Of a DNA stretch of 64,000 nucleotides, positions 9,001 through 18,915 are shown one piece after another. Position 1 is the stretch's first letter. Each line of letters starts with the position of its first letter. The position numbers and the translations under genes were made by a program. Below the pieces are notes generated by a model. The model did no database searches and was not told the origin of the DNA. It was given only the letters and a program-made list of their open reading frames with translations. Source of the DNA: an uncultured virus (IMG/VR IMGVR_UViG_2061766007_000856) (Duplodnaviria; Heunggongvirae; Uroviricota; Caudoviricetes). The stretch is taken from IMG/VR virus record IMGVR_UViG_2061766007_000856; one strand, 5' to 3'.

Positions 9001-10537
9001 TGGTGGTGCATATTTAGAAAATGCAATGCACAGCCGTAACTTCGGTGATAACACCTTATATAACACGAATAAAGTATTCGTTTCAGGCGACGGAAACGCA
9101 TTAAATGCAGTTCAACATAGCGTTGTATTTGGAGAAACCAACGAATTCAACTCCGATGAATATTATGGCCGACGCGATTTGACTTCTGGTAATATTCACA
9201 TGAGCGAAATCTTTGTGCATGGTATCTCCAATAAATTCAATTATACTGGCGGATCTAATTTCTTCTCAAGAATGTTAGTAGCTGGCAACGCAAACACCGT
9301 CAATGGAAATAACGTACACGATAGTTCCATTTTAGGTTCAAATAACACCATCGGATGGTTTGGAAATAGCGTTCCAGTAAAGAAAACATGCGAAGAAGTA
9401 TGGTCATTTAATGTTAATGAGCCAACCATCATAGAAGTAACCGACCGAGGATATTTACCGCCTAATGGCACGTCTATGGTATATGTATATTCTGGTGATT
9501 ATTACTATTACCGGGGCGGTGCGGTATATGAATTATATAATAGTCCAACATCATATACAAGTATTTCTGGCAATGACTTTGTACAAAAAGTTCGTAACAA
9601 GGAACTTGTAGACAATAGCTACTATTATATTACATCATCGGTACAAGGCGATAAGGCGGTTCTCCAGTTAAATGCAATTACGGAGTATAGCTATCTATGT
9701 GAATATTACACTAAATATCCAGATGGAACGGTTCGTAGCACGTCGCTGGCTAATATGGGTACACACATATTGGGTTGCCAAGACAAGATTGCACCTAATG
9801 TGATGTGGAGTACCATACTGGGCGCAGAACATAAGGTAACAAACAGCCTACCATATGGAATATCTGGTCTACTAGTGCAAGGTATGAGCCAGACCGTTTC
9901 AGATGGTTCCAACATAATCTGCATGGGTGCCGGAAACGTATCGTCTGGGCATGGCTCTATCGCAATAGGTAACCAACTCATTTCAGACAAGTGGCAGACC
10001 GTTATCGGTAAGTACAACGAGGCTTTGCCGGGTCCGGAACGTATCATCCCGAAGCATGATGAAAATAAGACATACAACGCCGGCGATATTGTGTACGACT
10101 CCCTCGGCTCAACGTACTACAAGTGTACATCGTCCGTTCCGACTGTCGGCATGATGCAGAACTCGCTGTGGACAGAGGTCGACCCTGATTCGGAAAAGGC
10201 ATTGTTCATTGTCGGTAATGGTTATGGAGAATCGGATGGTAGCGGTGACTGGAATGATGAAACCAAGATTCACCGTTCCAACGCAATGGTAGTGTACGCC
10301 GACGGTACGGTCAAGGCTAAGAAATTCGTTTCCGATGAACCGGAAATGGAATTGTCCGAAGGTACTGGCATCAAGATTGAGAAGAGCGTGTCTTCTGGAA
10401 CAGTTACAATCTCTGTTAAGCAGCCGTTGCCAGCTGCTCCAATCCGTAAAGGCACGTATGCATTACAATGCGTAATAGCAGAGGACAATAGCGATCCGAT
10501 ATTTAGCTGGGTAGAGATCGGAATGTCTAACGTATAG
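6071..10537 (+). CDS. Large tail fibre/adhesin with YadA-head-like beta-roll and beta-helix repeats
   Basis: Many 14-15 aa (S/A)xA(I/F)GxxNxx repeats; C-terminal QTVIGKYN...LFIVGNG....RSNA..V..DG motif. Confidence 0.8.
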   Translation: MANEKVYVSEEGAKELYRRIKGSIPAANSWKQWSEEHESSGTGNSVYLGESNVLTRNDAYSLGKGNTATITDNTDYTNTDVVMLGSSNSATNAANAYQLGKSNTVTGNSLASGDRPYTSVNIGTANSITNEGVNIGKRNSASNYGISIGEGVSSDNAGIAIGRSFTSSSDPNFHTYASGSGVAIGNNAIATGASISISSVYHYGPNTASTGSVAIGANNTASGESFAFGKSNYADKSGFSIGLNNNTADANHSNRGLSFAFGDSNVVQQYGFAVGRYNRLNEFTENAAQPNTYAFGEYNKIIGSGFAYGSSNTVGEYSKDDRFHELEAQHAFAIGISNKVVGHGFAVGWSNSSKGNNSILFGDSNTGNSNSIVVGLNNVGYEESSVFGVDNKAANTCTVFGRHNTIGTFDASKKEDLNNQAWGTVLGENNTSTLGGFNVLVGLQNNVGHEAVAIGTNNTAYGYSWVIGKNNHTPPSIIGGHATIIGYSNTSTSTLYGIQKYPYVLLYGMPLNVQQSIHRYSVDFSTQYGEYVETHTDTLAAMKADLTAAYNLMNQYITDDELDTAYNTLINLSDIDQLFSQTEYYSVFNVYWYNIGNSVNSPTPGMVRDTTPVMYENNSIIMGVGNTSNHYNSILIGLSNTSLAPAEEVVATDDDGFTVAIGYNNTVERNYDMAIGYQSVAKGGENIAITNSEAIGYRNLAYNHSKVNGICNILLNESVLDCKRWDDEPLKIEYNTFNTLNNSNVSYKCVTASEGNTGVTFFGNHFEGVRCELVASDWGAHANVMLGNGPRIDDSYSTVSPDPDIKIAAGTISNNIIADSKQHFEIALGNKDSSNSIEQNLFMFNDVQMHNIKQLRQNMFISSVFNVKMDSNAIGKGYFYDNIIANSIVTGRLEGSTLVPEGVKANTINHNVILGKSNLCLNNTPGTVEFNVLLGHSTLDAYHEDPIWSNSTDGIKCNFLFGSSGRKINDCVSFGDGGGAYLENAMHSRNFGDNTLYNTNKVFVSGDGNALNAVQHSVVFGETNEFNSDEYYGRRDLTSGNIHMSEIFVHGISNKFNYTGGSNFFSRMLVAGNANTVNGNNVHDSSILGSNNTIGWFGNSVPVKKTCEEVWSFNVNEPTIIEVTDRGYLPPNGTSMVYVYSGDYYYYRGGAVYELYNSPTSYTSISGNDFVQKVRNKELVDNSYYYITSSVQGDKAVLQLNAITEYSYLCEYYTKYPDGTVRSTSLANMGTHILGCQDKIAPNVMWSTILGAEHKVTNSLPYGISGLLVQGMSQTVSDGSNIICMGAGNVSSGHGSIAIGNQLISDKWQTVIGKYNEALPGPERIIPKHDENKTYNAGDIVYDSLGSTYYKCTSSVPTVGMMQNSLWTEVDPDSEKALFIVGNGYGESDGSGDWNDETKIHRSNAMVVYADGTVKAKKFVSDEPEMELSEGTGIKIEKSVSSGTVTISVKQPLPAAPIRKGTYALQCVIAEDNSDPIFSWVEIGMSNV

Positions 10538-10545
10538 GAGTCAAT

Positions 10546-12213
10546 ATGAAGTGTAATCTTATCATCAACGCAGATTATGTGAAGGTGACCATTATTAACA
10601 ATAGTAATTGGGTTATGGTCACCAATTACAAGTTTGCCGATGCCAACAGTACAGTAAATATTCCGTTGGTATTCCTTGAAGACGCCGATGCATCTTGCAT
10701 CGCGACATCTGTTGGTACAATATCCGGCAATACGCTATCGGTACCGGTTACCACCAGTAACGTCACTGTAACATTGAGCAACGCGAAAGCCCAGGTCCGT
10801 GCAGAAAACAATGTACAATACCACGTTACCGAAATAACGCCTAGCGTTCAATATGTAACTGCTGGCCAGTCCGCCCAATTTACATTGACGTATGCAGAAG
10901 GATATACGCCGACTGACGTGTGTGCAACAATTGGTACCGTGAGCAATGCAACGCTCACCGTTCCTACACAAGTCAATGATGTTTATGTTGAAACGACGAT
11001 ATTCCGTGGATCGATAGAAAACGTGGAGTTGGGCGTATCGTCAACTGGTTCACATGGTTCACTTCCGACCAACATGAGTTATAAATATGACATATCACAA
11101 CAGTTATACACCTCTAGTGAACTTGGTAATAGCGGCACTATACGGACTATTTCATTTAAGAATACCTCTAATAAGGACTTTAGTCGGCAAATTGACATTT
11201 ACATGGAAAATGTAACTGCCACCTCGATGTCATCATTTAGTGTCGTTACTAATGCACAGAAAGTATATAGCGGAATCATATCATTTACACATAATGACTG
11301 GACTACTATTACTCTAGATACCCCGTTTGATTACGACAATACTAAAAACCTTTTAATCACGGTTCATGATAATACCGGTGTTAAAAATGATACGCAATAT
11401 TTCGCAACATATACTCGTTCTGGAAACTATAACTATGAAGCTGTATTTAACAAGCGGAGCACAGACCCATACGACATTAGTCAAATAACGACTTACGGTG
11501 GTGCATCATATACTACTAGCAAGAATAGCATCAAATTGTTTAAGATGAACGTAATCGAAGACGAGCCCGATCCAGAGCCAGTACTCGAACCGCTCGTAAT
11601 CGAAATCGGCAAACTAACGGAAACCGATACCACACCGGATGTAGCTCATGTTCCATCAAATGCGTCCTCTAAGTATTTTATGTCTGAACAGATCTATTTA
11701 GCAAGTGAAATCGGCAATTCAGGAACAATTACCGATATTGCCTTGTATCATGCAGATAATTCGGCATTTACTCGAACATGGGACATTTATTTAGTGCATA
11801 CTGAATTATCACAATTCCCCAACAATGGTAATTATTATGACTATAGCACTAAGGACGTTATACACCCAACCGCTAACGACTTGGTTTATTCGGGACCTGT
11901 AGAATTTACAGCGGTAAACGCTTCAGCTAAAGGATGGAAAACAATTCACTTAGATACGCCATTTGCATATGACGGTGTCCATAATTTATGCTTAATCGTA
12001 TATGACAGAACTGGTACTGGTATGACAAGCGCTCACTCATTTAAGTCGGCAAAGACACCGACTGACAATCGAGTTTCCTTAAATACCTATGAAATGTGGT
12101 CGCTCTATCCAGCCGGAACACAGGTAGATCCGTCGGATCCATCTGTCGTTACCGTAGCGAACTTGATTCGGTATAGAAATTTCATACAAATCTCCATCAT
12201 TCCGGAAGCATAA
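10546..12213 (+). CDS. Fibre-associated protein with two tandem beta-sandwich domains
   Basis: Duplicated S(Q/E)Q(L/I)Y..SE.GNSGTI..I ... W.TI.LDTPF.YD...NL...V.D.TG domain, of a kind seen in FCB-group surface proteins. Confidence 0.65.
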   Translation: MKCNLIINADYVKVTIINNSNWVMVTNYKFADANSTVNIPLVFLEDADASCIATSVGTISGNTLSVPVTTSNVTVTLSNAKAQVRAENNVQYHVTEITPSVQYVTAGQSAQFTLTYAEGYTPTDVCATIGTVSNATLTVPTQVNDVYVETTIFRGSIENVELGVSSTGSHGSLPTNMSYKYDISQQLYTSSELGNSGTIRTISFKNTSNKDFSRQIDIYMENVTATSMSSFSVVTNAQKVYSGIISFTHNDWTTITLDTPFDYDNTKNLLITVHDNTGVKNDTQYFATYTRSGNYNYEAVFNKRSTDPYDISQITTYGGASYTTSKNSIKLFKMNVIEDEPDPEPVLEPLVIEIGKLTETDTTPDVAHVPSNASSKYFMSEQIYLASEIGNSGTITDIALYHADNSAFTRTWDIYLVHTELSQFPNNGNYYDYSTKDVIHPTANDLVYSGPVEFTAVNASAKGWKTIHLDTPFAYDGVHNLCLIVYDRTGTGMTSAHSFKSAKTPTDNRVSLNTYEMWSLYPAGTQVDPSDPSVVTVANLIRYRNFIQISIIPEA

Positions 12214-12214
12214 T

Positions 12215-13156
12215 ATGAAGATAGCAGTAGCGATAACGAACCACAACCAGCACTACCAGGTGCGCGATACGGTGGATGCACTCTACCGCCAGACGGTCGC
12301 CCCGGCAGCAGTCTATGTTCTTTCCGACAGCAAGCCGTACTGGAACCTTCCCACAGACCGTCACGAGGTAATCCCAATCAACAACAGGGGAAAGTTCATG
12401 GGCCGGTGTGGCAACCGTAACTCGGTAATCAAGCCGTTCATTGATTCGGACTATGACGCCCTCATCTTCATGGATGGGGACTGTTCCCCGTTGAACCCGG
12501 ATTTCATTGAAAAATATGCCAAGCACCTGGCAAAGTATGACCTTGTCTTCGGTACCCGCAGGCACAGCGACATATCCGGCCTTTCCAAGCCCCCATCTGA
12601 CCTGCTTACGGCAAACATGGACAACCTGTATGCCCAGCAGCCAATAGATTATAGCGACCTGCGCGTGGTCGCGGGTGCTGTCAGCGCATGGACCGACTCG
12701 AAGACCTTCGAAGAACGGCTGGACCTGATGCTCACCGGGATGATTGGTTGGAGCTGCAATTTTGCCTTTACCAAGAAAGGCCTGAAGCGCCTCAGGAAGT
12801 TCCAGAAGTCTACCTACGGCCTTGCCGAGGGTATATTCGACTCGAACACCTTCAAGGACGGCTGGGGCTACGAGGATGTCGCCATGGGCATAGACGCCCT
12901 GTATGCAGGTCTTAAAATAAGCATAGTTGACGACGTGAAGGTATACCACCAGGTACATAATCGCACGGACGGCCTTTTCGATCACGTCAAGGGAAGACAC
13001 CTGATTATGAACAGATACCGCGAGCTGGAAAAGAACACCAATACCCCGAACATGGTCGGCATCGCGGCAATCATCGCAACTGCATTCTTTACCGCAGGCT
13101 TGATTGCCGGCCTGGTAACGGAAGCGATAAACTTAATGAACATACTGGGTATGTGA
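12215..13156 (+). CDS. GT2-family glycosyltransferase with C-terminal membrane anchor
   Basis: MKIAVAITNHN start, FMDGD DxD motif, GWGYED motif, hydrophobic C-terminus. Confidence 0.88.
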   Translation: MKIAVAITNHNQHYQVRDTVDALYRQTVAPAAVYVLSDSKPYWNLPTDRHEVIPINNRGKFMGRCGNRNSVIKPFIDSDYDALIFMDGDCSPLNPDFIEKYAKHLAKYDLVFGTRRHSDISGLSKPPSDLLTANMDNLYAQQPIDYSDLRVVAGAVSAWTDSKTFEERLDLMLTGMIGWSCNFAFTKKGLKRLRKFQKSTYGLAEGIFDSNTFKDGWGYEDVAMGIDALYAGLKISIVDDVKVYHQVHNRTDGLFDHVKGRHLIMNRYRELEKNTNTPNMVGIAAIIATAFFTAGLIAGLVTEAINLMNILGM

Positions 13157-13163
13157 GGAACTT

Positions 13164-13809
13164 ATGGCCGAAGAAATTAATGAACCAGAAGAGATGTTCC
13201 AATCGTGGGACGGTAAGCCGATCTACGCAAAGAAGGCTGAACGTGACGTAAACGGAAACCCACTTGAACTTACCATAGTTGACAACGTTGTTACCGCCAT
13301 CGGCGGAAAGAGTGTCGGTGGCGGTGGTTCAGACATTCCGGATGAAGGTGATGTTGGACAAGTCCTTACAAAGACCCAGGACGGCTATGACTGGGAAGAT
13401 GCCCCTGTACCCGACCCTGAACTCCCGGACGATGGTACTCCGGGGCAAGTATTGACTATGACCCAGGATGGGGTTGCCTGGTCGGACCCGGAATCGGCAT
13501 CGTTGCCGGTAGCTACCGAATCTGATTCCGTACTGTACACGGCGGAACCTAACGGGGAAGCCTCGTGGGTGCANNNNNNNNNNTTCCATAATGACCGACG
13601 AGGAAGGTACTCCTATTCTCGACGAGGAAGGTCATAATATTCAAGACGAGGATACCGCTACCCTATGGACTGGTTTCAACGGGAAAGGCTTCGGCGCAGA
13701 ACGTGCTGTCGGTGATGAAAATGGGAATAATATAGTTGCTACCTATGCCACGAAGGCGGATGTCGAGACTGCCTTGGGTGATATTGAAACGCTGTTGGCT
13801 GCAATATAA
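13164..13809 (+). CDS. Fibre adaptor protein (one gene interrupted by N gap 13574-13583)
   Basis: GQVLT..QDG..W repeats; AER...(V/E)NGN motif on both sides of the gap. Confidence 0.65.
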
Positions 13810-13818
13810 GGAGTGCAT

Positions 13819-14715
13819 ATGACGGTTGCTAGTGAAATTGCTCGTATACAAGGTGTAAAGGCCAATATTTTGGACGCCATTGCCGCAAAGGGTGTCACCG
13901 TACCAAGCGGTGCGATGCTTGCCGACTGTCCCAGCTTGATTTCTTCTATAAGTGGCGGTGGCGGTATTAGTGCCGATAACATTGTTAATATTATCCCTAT
14001 CAATAAGATTGCCGTAGTCGATGCTAACGGCTACATTGGTCTTGATTTGACTAACTTATTTAATTATCATAATGACACATATTATAACTATGCAATTTTA
14101 TCAAACGATGATTATTCTACTAAAGGTCTTGGGCAAGTAACATTTTATACGCCAGCAAATAATTGTATTGGTGGCAGAACATATAGAACGGTAATTATAG
14201 GTGGTCGAGAATGGCTTGCCGAAAATTTAGATTTCAAATGGGATGGATTGGTAATTGGTGGTGATGCATCCTATGATAAACCACGGGGTAATTATTACAA
14301 CAATGATGAAGCTACTTATGGTATTGACGGTAATAAGTATGGAATATTATATAACGCTGCAGCAGTTAGCTATCTCGATGACAATAAATCTACTTTAATT
14401 CCAGGTTGGCATGTTCCCACTAATGATGATTGGAAAGTGCTTATAACCGCAGTTGGCGGTTCGTCTACTGCTGGTACTAAATTAAAATCCACTACTGGTT
14501 GGTCAAGTGGCAATGGCACTGATGATTTTGGATTTACGGGGGTTCCGGCTGGTGCTGGAAGAGGAACTAGTTATGAGAGGCTAACCACAATGTCAGTTTA
14601 CTGGTTAAGTCATTCATCTAATGTGTATTATTTCGACACAAACGCAAGCATAGTTAATGCATATAGTAATTCCGATTGGTGCTATTCGGTTCGCCTCGTC
14701 AAGGACATCCAGTAA
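13819..14715 (+). CDS. Putative receptor-binding protein with FISUMP (Fib_succ_major) domain
   Basis: Y.TV.IG.REWLAENL, YG.LYN, PGWHVPT..DW..L, LKST.GW....GTDDFGF...PAG, YW, YSVRLVKD; N-terminal EIARI...K..I..AI..KGV.VP helix. Confidence 0.88.
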   Translation: MTVASEIARIQGVKANILDAIAAKGVTVPSGAMLADCPSLISSISGGGGISADNIVNIIPINKIAVVDANGYIGLDLTNLFNYHNDTYYNYAILSNDDYSTKGLGQVTFYTPANNCIGGRTYRTVIIGGREWLAENLDFKWDGLVIGGDASYDKPRGNYYNNDEATYGIDGNKYGILYNAAAVSYLDDNKSTLIPGWHVPTNDDWKVLITAVGGSSTAGTKLKSTTGWSSGNGTDDFGFTGVPAGAGRGTSYERLTTMSVYWLSHSSNVYYFDTNASIVNAYSNSDWCYSVRLVKDIQ

Positions 14716-14729
14716 TCCAACCCACAACG

Positions 14730-14737
14730 TATAAACT
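14730..14737 (+). promoter_or_regulatory. Late promoter TATAAACT
   Basis: 24 nt before ATG 14762 with GGAGG SD. Confidence 0.8.
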
Positions 14738-14761
14738 GTAAAATATAACGGAGGCTTTCAA

Positions 14762-16762
14762 ATGGCTGAAACTGGCAAGAAAATGGGCGACTATACCCCG
14801 CTCGAATCTAATAAAAAGGACTACTTCTTCGGTGACGGCGAAGGCGGTGTTGTCGCTGTTGGTAAAACCGAGGCTGCCGGAGAAAAGACTAACCGGCTTG
14901 TGAAATTGAGCGATATTGCCGGCGACAAGTTGCCGAGCGGAGGTACTGAAGGTCAGGTGCTGACCAAGACTTCCGGCGGGGAAGCATGGGCTAATGCACC
15001 ATCTGGACTCCCTTCCGGTGGAACTAATGGACAAGTTCTCACGAAGACCGCTAGTGGCAATGAATGGGCTGATGCTCCGAAGGAACTTCCGACTTCCGGG
15101 TCTGCAGGTCAATTCTTGAAGAAGACGGCAAATGGTGTCGAATACGCCAGTGTGAGCGAAGTCCCTTCCGGTGGTACTACGGGACAGGTTCTTACTAAGA
15201 CAGCCAGCGGGGAAGCATGGGCTGATGCACCGAAGGAACTTCCTACCAGTGGTACTGCTGGGCAATTCCTTAAGAAGACCGCTAATGGTGTTGAATATGC
15301 ATCTGTAAACCAGGTTCCATCTTCTGGAACGACGGGTCATGTTCTAAGAAAGACAGCTTCAGGGTACGATTTTGAAAGTGTTAATGAAGTTCCTTCCGAG
15401 GGTACAGCGGGTCATGTATTGACCAAGACCGAAAATGGATTTGACTGGTCTGCGGTTCCCACAGAATTACCCAGTAGTACACAGTTTGATAAAGATAAAG
15501 TTCTTGTCCGTACAGAAACTGGATATGACTGGAAATATGTTGTTCCATTAAGATGGTTTGTTAATACTCCGGATGATGCCACACTTGAAATCGATAATAA
15601 TTCTTATAGGAACGTTATCGTTGATTCTGTTAATAACATCACCTTCAATGTAACAACAAGTAGCACACACGATTTCCCTAACTTTGTTCTCGACATTCAT
15701 ATTGACCCCAATGCGTCAATCGAAACGCTAAAAATAAACGTGACTTGGACGATTGATGCTACCCAGCATGCTGGTGTGGAAACTCTGCACTGTCCGGTTA
15801 CTGGAAATACATTAACTGTATTACCGGGTGAATACTATCAGCTGTGTGCAGTTGGTCAATGCTGGCGGATTGACAAATTTATTGAACCGCCAAGTGAAGG
15901 TGTTGAATATGTGCTTCTTCAGAATTTTATAAGTGGGCATAGTATAGGCTCTGCTGAACATGGACAATGGGTAACGACGGTTCCTAATGATTGGTATGAT
16001 GACTTATTACAATGGGATCACCATCTATCTATGTTTGACGATACTACTGCTAGAGCTACCTTAGTGGACAATAGAAGCCCAATAGATTGCAGTAAATATG
16101 GTATTAGTTCGGGTACACCAGTTGCTACAGTAACCGGCGACTATGGGTGGCATACTGATTTAGCGTTCTCATTTGATTCTGGTAATATATCTACCCCATT
16201 TACTGTAGAAACATTCTTTACATGCCGTGAACCTTATGAATTTAATCATAATTTTATATTCTATATTGGGGCAGCTAAATATAGACCTGAAAATCATAAT
16301 GAACTTCATTTAGCCTTAAAGATATCAAGTGGTCTTGACCCAGACGATCCGAATGATACGCATATTGGCTTATATCTAACTGATGAATTTACAGATGACC
16401 ATAAGTTATTAGGTTTTGAACCAGACGGAATAAATCCTGGTACTACTGATGACGGTCGCCCATTTTTTACAACTTGGATTAGTTCTTGGCATCATTTTGC
16501 TATAACTGCTGATACCACTAACTTATATGTATTCGTCGATGGAAAACTATATGCTACTTTAGCTTTAAGTACAACTATAACTAATGAAAACGATGTTACT
16601 AAGACATTAGGCGAATGGATAGGATTAATGCCGTCAAAAATTCTCATAACAAGTTTTGAATCGGGCGAAGGTAGTGGATTATGTGGTCTATGGGCTCAGC
16701 TCGCAGTCTGCAAGGCTTGCAAGTGGACTACAGACTTCACGGTTCCTACCGAAGCATACTAA
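14762..16762 (+). CDS. Fibre protein with repeat shaft and C-terminal LamG/ConA-like domain
   Basis: P..G..G(Q/H)(V/F)L.KT..G repeats; FTVE.F...WHHFAIT......VFVDGK...FTVPT..Y C-terminal signature. Confidence 0.8.
   Translation: MAETGKKMGDYTPLESNKKDYFFGDGEGGVVAVGKTEAAGEKTNRLVKLSDIAGDKLPSGGTEGQVLTKTSGGEAWANAPSGLPSGGTNGQVLTKTASGNEWADAPKELPTSGSAGQFLKKTANGVEYASVSEVPSGGTTGQVLTKTASGEAWADAPKELPTSGTAGQFLKKTANGVEYASVNQVPSSGTTGHVLRKTASGYDFESVNEVPSEGTAGHVLTKTENGFDWSAVPTELPSSTQFDKDKVLVRTETGYDWKYVVPLRWFVNTPDDATLEIDNNSYRNVIVDSVNNITFNVTTSSTHDFPNFVLDIHIDPNASIETLKINVTWTIDATQHAGVETLHCPVTGNTLTVLPGEYYQLCAVGQCWRIDKFIEPPSEGVEYVLLQNFISGHSIGSAEHGQWVTTVPNDWYDDLLQWDHHLSMFDDTTARATLVDNRSPIDCSKYGISSGTPVATVTGDYGWHTDLAFSFDSGNISTPFTVETFFTCREPYEFNHNFIFYIGAAKYRPENHNELHLALKISSGLDPDDPNDTHIGLYLTDEFTDDHKLLGFEPDGINPGTTDDGRPFFTTWISSWHHFAITADTTNLYVFVDGKLYATLALSTTITNENDVTKTLGEWIGLMPSKILITSFESGEGSGLCGLWAQLAVCKACKWTTDFTVPTEAY
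14930..15480 (+). repeat. About 25-aa fibre repeat array (LPSGGT.GQVLTKT..G..WA)
   Basis: About 7 copies in this span; near-identical DNA at ~15065 and ~15218. Confidence 0.85.
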
Positions 16763-16781
16763 TCTACATCATTCCAATATT

Positions 16782-16812
16782 AAAAACCCACGGACAGCCC
16801 CGTGGGTTTCTT
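16782..16812. terminator. Bidirectional intrinsic terminator between the convergent fibre cassettes
   Basis: AAACCCACGG-ACAGCC-CCGTGGGTTT with A/T tracts on both sides. Confidence 0.85.
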
Positions 16813-16828
16813 CGTGTCAAAACAACTA

Positions 16829-17473
16829 TTAATCGTTCACGCTAGCGGTAAACACGGTATCGCCATCATCGGCATAAGTGATGGCGTCAGCAGCGGTGAG
16901 CATGTCGGCATACTTCTTCAGACGTTCCGGAGTCAAGAAAGCGTCAGTCGGAAGAGCCTTCAGCAGTTTCACCGCCTCACGGAACGAGCCGGTCTGCACT
17001 GCGGCAATTACCTCGTGCAGCTTGGCAAAAATTTCCATAGGGGTGATGGTCTGGAAGTCGGTCAGCGTGCATTCCCTATGGAACAGGGACACGAATTCCT
17101 GGCTCACCGCGATATTGTAGTCGCTTTCGCCGTATGCGCCGTCCATAGCGGCTACACGTGACGTGTTGGAGCAGTATTCAGCCTCGAAACGGCTCTTCTC
17201 CACGGACTTCCCAAGCACGTCCACGACGGTATGGGCGTCATAGTCCTTCAATACGTTAGGAGCCTCGTTGACCCAGAAGTTGATGTTGTTGTATACGCAC
17301 TTTCCGTCCACGTATACGATGATCGATATGTACTTCACGCCTATGTCCTCCGTGATATAAAATTCGTTCTTATCCCTCTTTGCCGTCTGGATGGCGTTGA
17401 ACAGCAATAGGAGGCTTCCGGATATGAAAGCCAGCTTCTCAGTCTTCTTGTCGATTGCATAATACTGGTGCAT
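16829..17473 (-). CDS. Hypothetical protein, possibly fibre assembly chaperone
   Basis: Last gene of the minus fibre cassette; predicted helical C-terminal half. Confidence 0.6.
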   Translation of the reverse strand: MHQYYAIDKKTEKLAFISGSLLLLFNAIQTAKRDKNEFYITEDIGVKYISIIVYVDGKCVYNNINFWVNEAPNVLKDYDAHTVVDVLGKSVEKSRFEAEYCSNTSRVAAMDGAYGESDYNIAVSQEFVSLFHRECTLTDFQTITPMEIFAKLHEVIAAVQTGSFREAVKLLKALPTDAFLTPERLKKYADMLTAADAITYADDGDTVFTASVND

Positions 17474-17474
17474 G

Positions 17475-18914
17475 TTAGACCTCGTTTCCGTTTATTTCAA
17501 GGTAATACTTCTTTGAATTCTGCACCGGGTATGTGGTGTCGTCCCTAAGCGACGCCACGATGCTTCCGTCGCTTACGTAGTATGAGATCAAGTCCGAGTT
17601 GTTTCCGACATAGTCGAGCCAGTTGTACATCTCCACGACATCAACGTACTGCTTGAACGCCGAATCGCTATCAAGCCACGTGTAGTCAGAAGGTCCAGTT
17701 CCGGTCACTACAAGCGGCAATTTTTCCCAGCCGTTTCTCAATGCATAGTAGAGTCCGTTGACGACACGGTTCCCAACCTCCGGAACACTAGGTAACGGAG
17801 TATCAGAAGTTACTTGAGACGTATATCCAGTCTTCAGCGAAATCTTGTCGCCCATTTTAAACCAACCCCACTTTTGCGCTTCCACGACAGCAACTGGTGC
17901 CGTATTCAATACATGCAATGCCTCTCCAGCTTCTACGCCATATTGACCAGACTGTTCGAAGCCGACCCAAGAAGCCGTATTCACCGTCTTTGCCCATATC
18001 TGGCCGAACGACATGCCGTCTTGCTGGTGGCAATACCAAATAAATTCGCCGTTCGGCGGTCTATCAAGTACAGCTTGTATATCAGCAGCCGTCACTTGTC
18101 GGGAATAACTGGTCGGATCGCCGATAATTCCAGTAAATATGTACGTCTGTCCTACGTTACTTCTGACGTAGCAGTAGCCGGGTGTCATACCGATATTTGA
18201 GCTTCCGTTCCAGATAAAGAAATCACCTTCATTCATGTGGAAGATGGCGGCACTATCGTTGATAACACCACGGTAGTCATTAAAGGTCGCCATGTTGACG
18301 GTCTGCTTGTTCTGCACGTCGCCATAGTACCATACCTTGTAATTGCCAGGGGTGCCGTCGTAGTATGCCGGGTAGAAGTTCGTGGTGAAATAGTCCGTCT
18401 GCTGGGTGTACTGGATGTAGTATTTTAAACCAGCCTTCAGCGTAACTCCGGAAATGCCGTCGATGTGTCTACGACGACCGGAAAGACCGTACTTGGTCGA
18501 GACCGCGTCGACGGTATCGACATTGTGACGGTAGACTACAAGTCCGGACTCGTGATACACTGCGATGTTGCAAGTCGTGTTGGTGTTGTTCGAGTCGGTG
18601 AAGATGCCGATACTTGTCAAAGACACGTCAGAAGAAGGCGTGTACTGGAACGCGATTGTCTCGTTACCGGCAGCGAGGTTGCTGAGCCATTCCCACACGA
18701 CATACTGCTGCAAGTCGGCTACGGAGCTGACCGTGGCACCAGCCGGTATGGCGTAAACCTTGTTAACGCGTACCAGAAGTGCTTCTATCTGGGCATCTGT
18801 CGCCCCAGCCGGTATTACCGTACCAGCCGGGAGGAACTTGATGTCCTCCACGTCATGGTTCGGAATGGGCGAATAACCTGGAAAGTGGCACGCTATTTTA
18901 CCAGTATGAGCCAT
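17475..18914 (-). CDS. Putative fibre tip / receptor-binding protein
   Basis: Tyr/Trp/Gly-rich beta content; N-terminal domain (TPSSDVSLTSI...LKAGLKYYI) resembles the C-terminal domain of 21565..27429. Confidence 0.6.
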   Translation of the reverse strand: MAHTGKIACHFPGYSPIPNHDVEDIKFLPAGTVIPAGATDAQIEALLVRVNKVYAIPAGATVSSVADLQQYVVWEWLSNLAAGNETIAFQYTPSSDVSLTSIGIFTDSNNTNTTCNIAVYHESGLVVYRHNVDTVDAVSTKYGLSGRRRHIDGISGVTLKAGLKYYIQYTQQTDYFTTNFYPAYYDGTPGNYKVWYYGDVQNKQTVNMATFNDYRGVINDSAAIFHMNEGDFFIWNGSSNIGMTPGYCYVRSNVGQTYIFTGIIGDPTSYSRQVTAADIQAVLDRPPNGEFIWYCHQQDGMSFGQIWAKTVNTASWVGFEQSGQYGVEAGEALHVLNTAPVAVVEAQKWGWFKMGDKISLKTGYTSQVTSDTPLPSVPEVGNRVVNGLYYALRNGWEKLPLVVTGTGPSDYTWLDSDSAFKQYVDVVEMYNWLDYVGNNSDLISYYVSDGSIVASLRDDTTYPVQNSKKYYLEINGNEV

Positions 18915-18915
18915 A

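Noticed and set aside
13574..13637. Apparent frameshift or split gene at 13.6 kb
   Set aside because: Coincides with a 10-N assembly gap
14560..14760. Complete diversity-generating retroelement
   Set aside because: No reverse transcriptase, Avd or template repeat seen in the window
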